A DNA stretch of 17,523 bases from Gemmatimonadota bacterium. GTDB taxonomy: Bacteria; Gemmatimonadota; Gemmatimonadetes; Longimicrobiales; Gaopeijiaceae. How positions within the stretch are numbered: the stretch's first letter is position 1; every line of letters starts with the position of its first letter. Where the stretch lies: assembly GCA_039589315.1 (NCBI GenBank), contig JBDHHQ010000113.1:1-17523 (forward strand), given 5' to 3'. The notes below the pieces were generated by a model that did not search any database, was not told where the DNA came from, and worked only from the letters and a program-made list of their open reading frames with translations. Positions 16,263 through 17,523 of the stretch are shown piece by piece. A program made the translations under genes and the position numbers.

Positions 16263-17339
16263 TCAGCGTGGGAGAGGTGCGCCGAGCTCCGGCAGCTCGA
16301 ACCGGGTGCGGCCGGCCACGTCCTTCATTATGGCCCGCTTGTCCACCCCGGAGAGCCGATGCCGGCCCGCCAGAGGGTCGTAGTCGCATCGCTCGATCCG
16401 CTCGATCACACGCTCGTACATCGTCACGATGAGCTCCAGCACGAAGGCACAGTCGGCCTCGATCTGGCCATGAAAGGGCGCCATCGAGCTCCTGCCGCGA
16501 CCGAGGTAGTTGCGCGCTCGGCGCAGCAGATCGGCGACGAGGCTTCGGACCGACTCGCTGGCCTCACCCTTGGCCAGATCCGCGAAGAGCCCCGCTTCCG
16601 TCACCCCGTGCGCTTCCATGTCCTCACGGCTGAAGTAGAGCAGCCCCCTCCTACCCGTGCGTAGGTCAACGCCTAGGTCCCGGACGATGTGTCCCAGATA
16701 GGCGAAGGTCCCGAGTTGGCGGCCGCACTGTGCGAGGTCGAAGTCGTCGGATAGCGAAAACGCTCCGGTCGACGGGCTTCGTCGGCTGGCCAAGAGGATC
16801 AAGTAGATCGCCGTCGGAGAGACGCTCGCCCCCTCCGTGTACTCCAGGAAGTCGCGCCAAGCGTCGAACCGGTCGTGATCGAGGTCCCAGTGCATTGAGC
16901 CGAAGAAGCTCTCCCACAGGGGGCGCGGAACGGAGAAGAGGGCCAGGGAGCTGGCCAGGGACTCCAGTAGGGCCGGGGCGTCTGGATGGCCACAGCGCTG
17001 CACGACGACGGGCGACTGAGACCGCCCTTGGTAGCAGCCGAGCACCGCTTCCTCCCAGGCAGCCACGGCGTCGTGCTCCCGCCTGCGGTCGCTTTCAGTC
17101 AGCATCGCACGATCGGGGAGATCGTCGATGCGATCGTCCACCACCCGCATCAGGGCGTAGAACGCGCAGAACGCCTTGTATCGCTCGGTATCGCGGAAGA
17201 AGCAGCTCGTCAGATAGAGGTTGTTGTTGTCTCGAGACGCAATGGCTTCTGCCGCGGCGTAGGGCTCAGCTAGTGGCGTGCGTGTTCTCCGGTCGCGAAG
17301 GACCTGGAGCCCGTTCTGCACGTTCGATGGGTCAATCAT
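16263..17339 (-). CDS. Squalene/phytoene synthase family protein (HpnC/HpnD/CrtB-like)
   Basis: FYALMRVVDDRIDD (DDxxD), SMHWDL, FLEYTEGAS, LGTFAYLGHIVRDLGVD and LLYFSREDM. Confidence 0.85.
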   Translation of the reverse strand: MIDPSNVQNGLQVLRDRRTRTPLAEPYAAAEAIASRDNNNLYLTSCFFRDTERYKAFCAFYALMRVVDDRIDDLPDRAMLTESDRRREHDAVAAWEEAVLGCYQGRSQSPVVVQRCGHPDAPALLESLASSLALFSVPRPLWESFFGSMHWDLDHDRFDAWRDFLEYTEGASVSPTAIYLILLASRRSPSTGAFSLSDDFDLAQCGRQLGTFAYLGHIVRDLGVDLRTGRRGLLYFSREDMEAHGVTEAGLFADLAKGEASESVRSLVADLLRRARNYLGRGRSSMAPFHGQIEADCAFVLELIVTMYERVIERIERCDYDPLAGRHRLSGVDKRAIMKDVAGRTRFELPELGAPLPR

Positions 17340-17418
17340 GTCTGCGCCCGGCGAGAAGGCGACGACGAAGCCAACGAGCTAGGTCGGCCAACGGGGCAAG
17401 ATGACGCAAGGACCCCGC

Positions 17419-17448
17419 TTGCCGCTACTCGCCGCCCCTGCTCATACT
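17419..17448 (+). promoter_or_regulatory. Candidate sigma-70-type promoter for a leaderless transcript
   Basis: TTGCCG-N18-CATACT, followed after 5 nt by ATG 17454, with no SD sequence. Confidence 0.4.
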
Positions 17449-17453
17449 CGGAT

Positions 17454-17523
17454 ATGCGCTGCATCCTGCGGCTCCCGCGCCGCGCCAGCGGCCTGCTCCT
17501 CGTCGCGGCACTGTCCTGGAGCG
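17454..17523 (+). CDS. N-terminus of a probably secreted protein (partial, runs off the right edge)
   Basis: MRCILRLPRRASGLLLVAALSWS has a basic n-region followed by a hydrophobic h-region. Confidence 0.5.
   Translation, partial: MRCILRLPRRASGLLLVAALSWS

Noticed and set aside
1..17523. CRISPR arrays, tRNA/rRNA genes, transposases or integrases
   Set aside because: No regularly spaced repeats, cloverleaf or rRNA signatures, or DDE/recombinase motifs were seen by eye.

Overview
High-GC bacterial window, probably Gemmatimonadota (inferred from the Ser/Thr kinase plus beta-propeller receptor and the many secreted hydrolases). From left to right it holds: the 3' end of an amidohydrolase; a minus-strand run (membrane hypothetical protein, M24 peptidase, alpha/beta-hydrolase-fold protein, phosphoglucomutase, M19 dipeptidase); an orphan Flp pilin with a sigma-54 promoter; the kinase; a beta-lactamase-family serine hydrolase; a eukaryote-like sulfotransferase; a plus-strand trio (CMD/AhpD-cyclase fusion, a 51-aa Cys/His-rich membrane peptide missing from the ORF track, an alpha/beta hydrolase); a squalene/phytoene-synthase-like gene; and the start of a probably secreted protein. 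The best candidate for a new system is the CxxC-bearing CMD domain fused to a class III cyclase with non-canonical base-specifying residues, followed by the small putative metal-binding peptide. Also notable are an 8-bp tandem duplication that frameshifts pgm and a low-GC, codon-shifted patch inside the neighbouring hydrolase gene. All family calls were made by eye from motifs; no searches were run.
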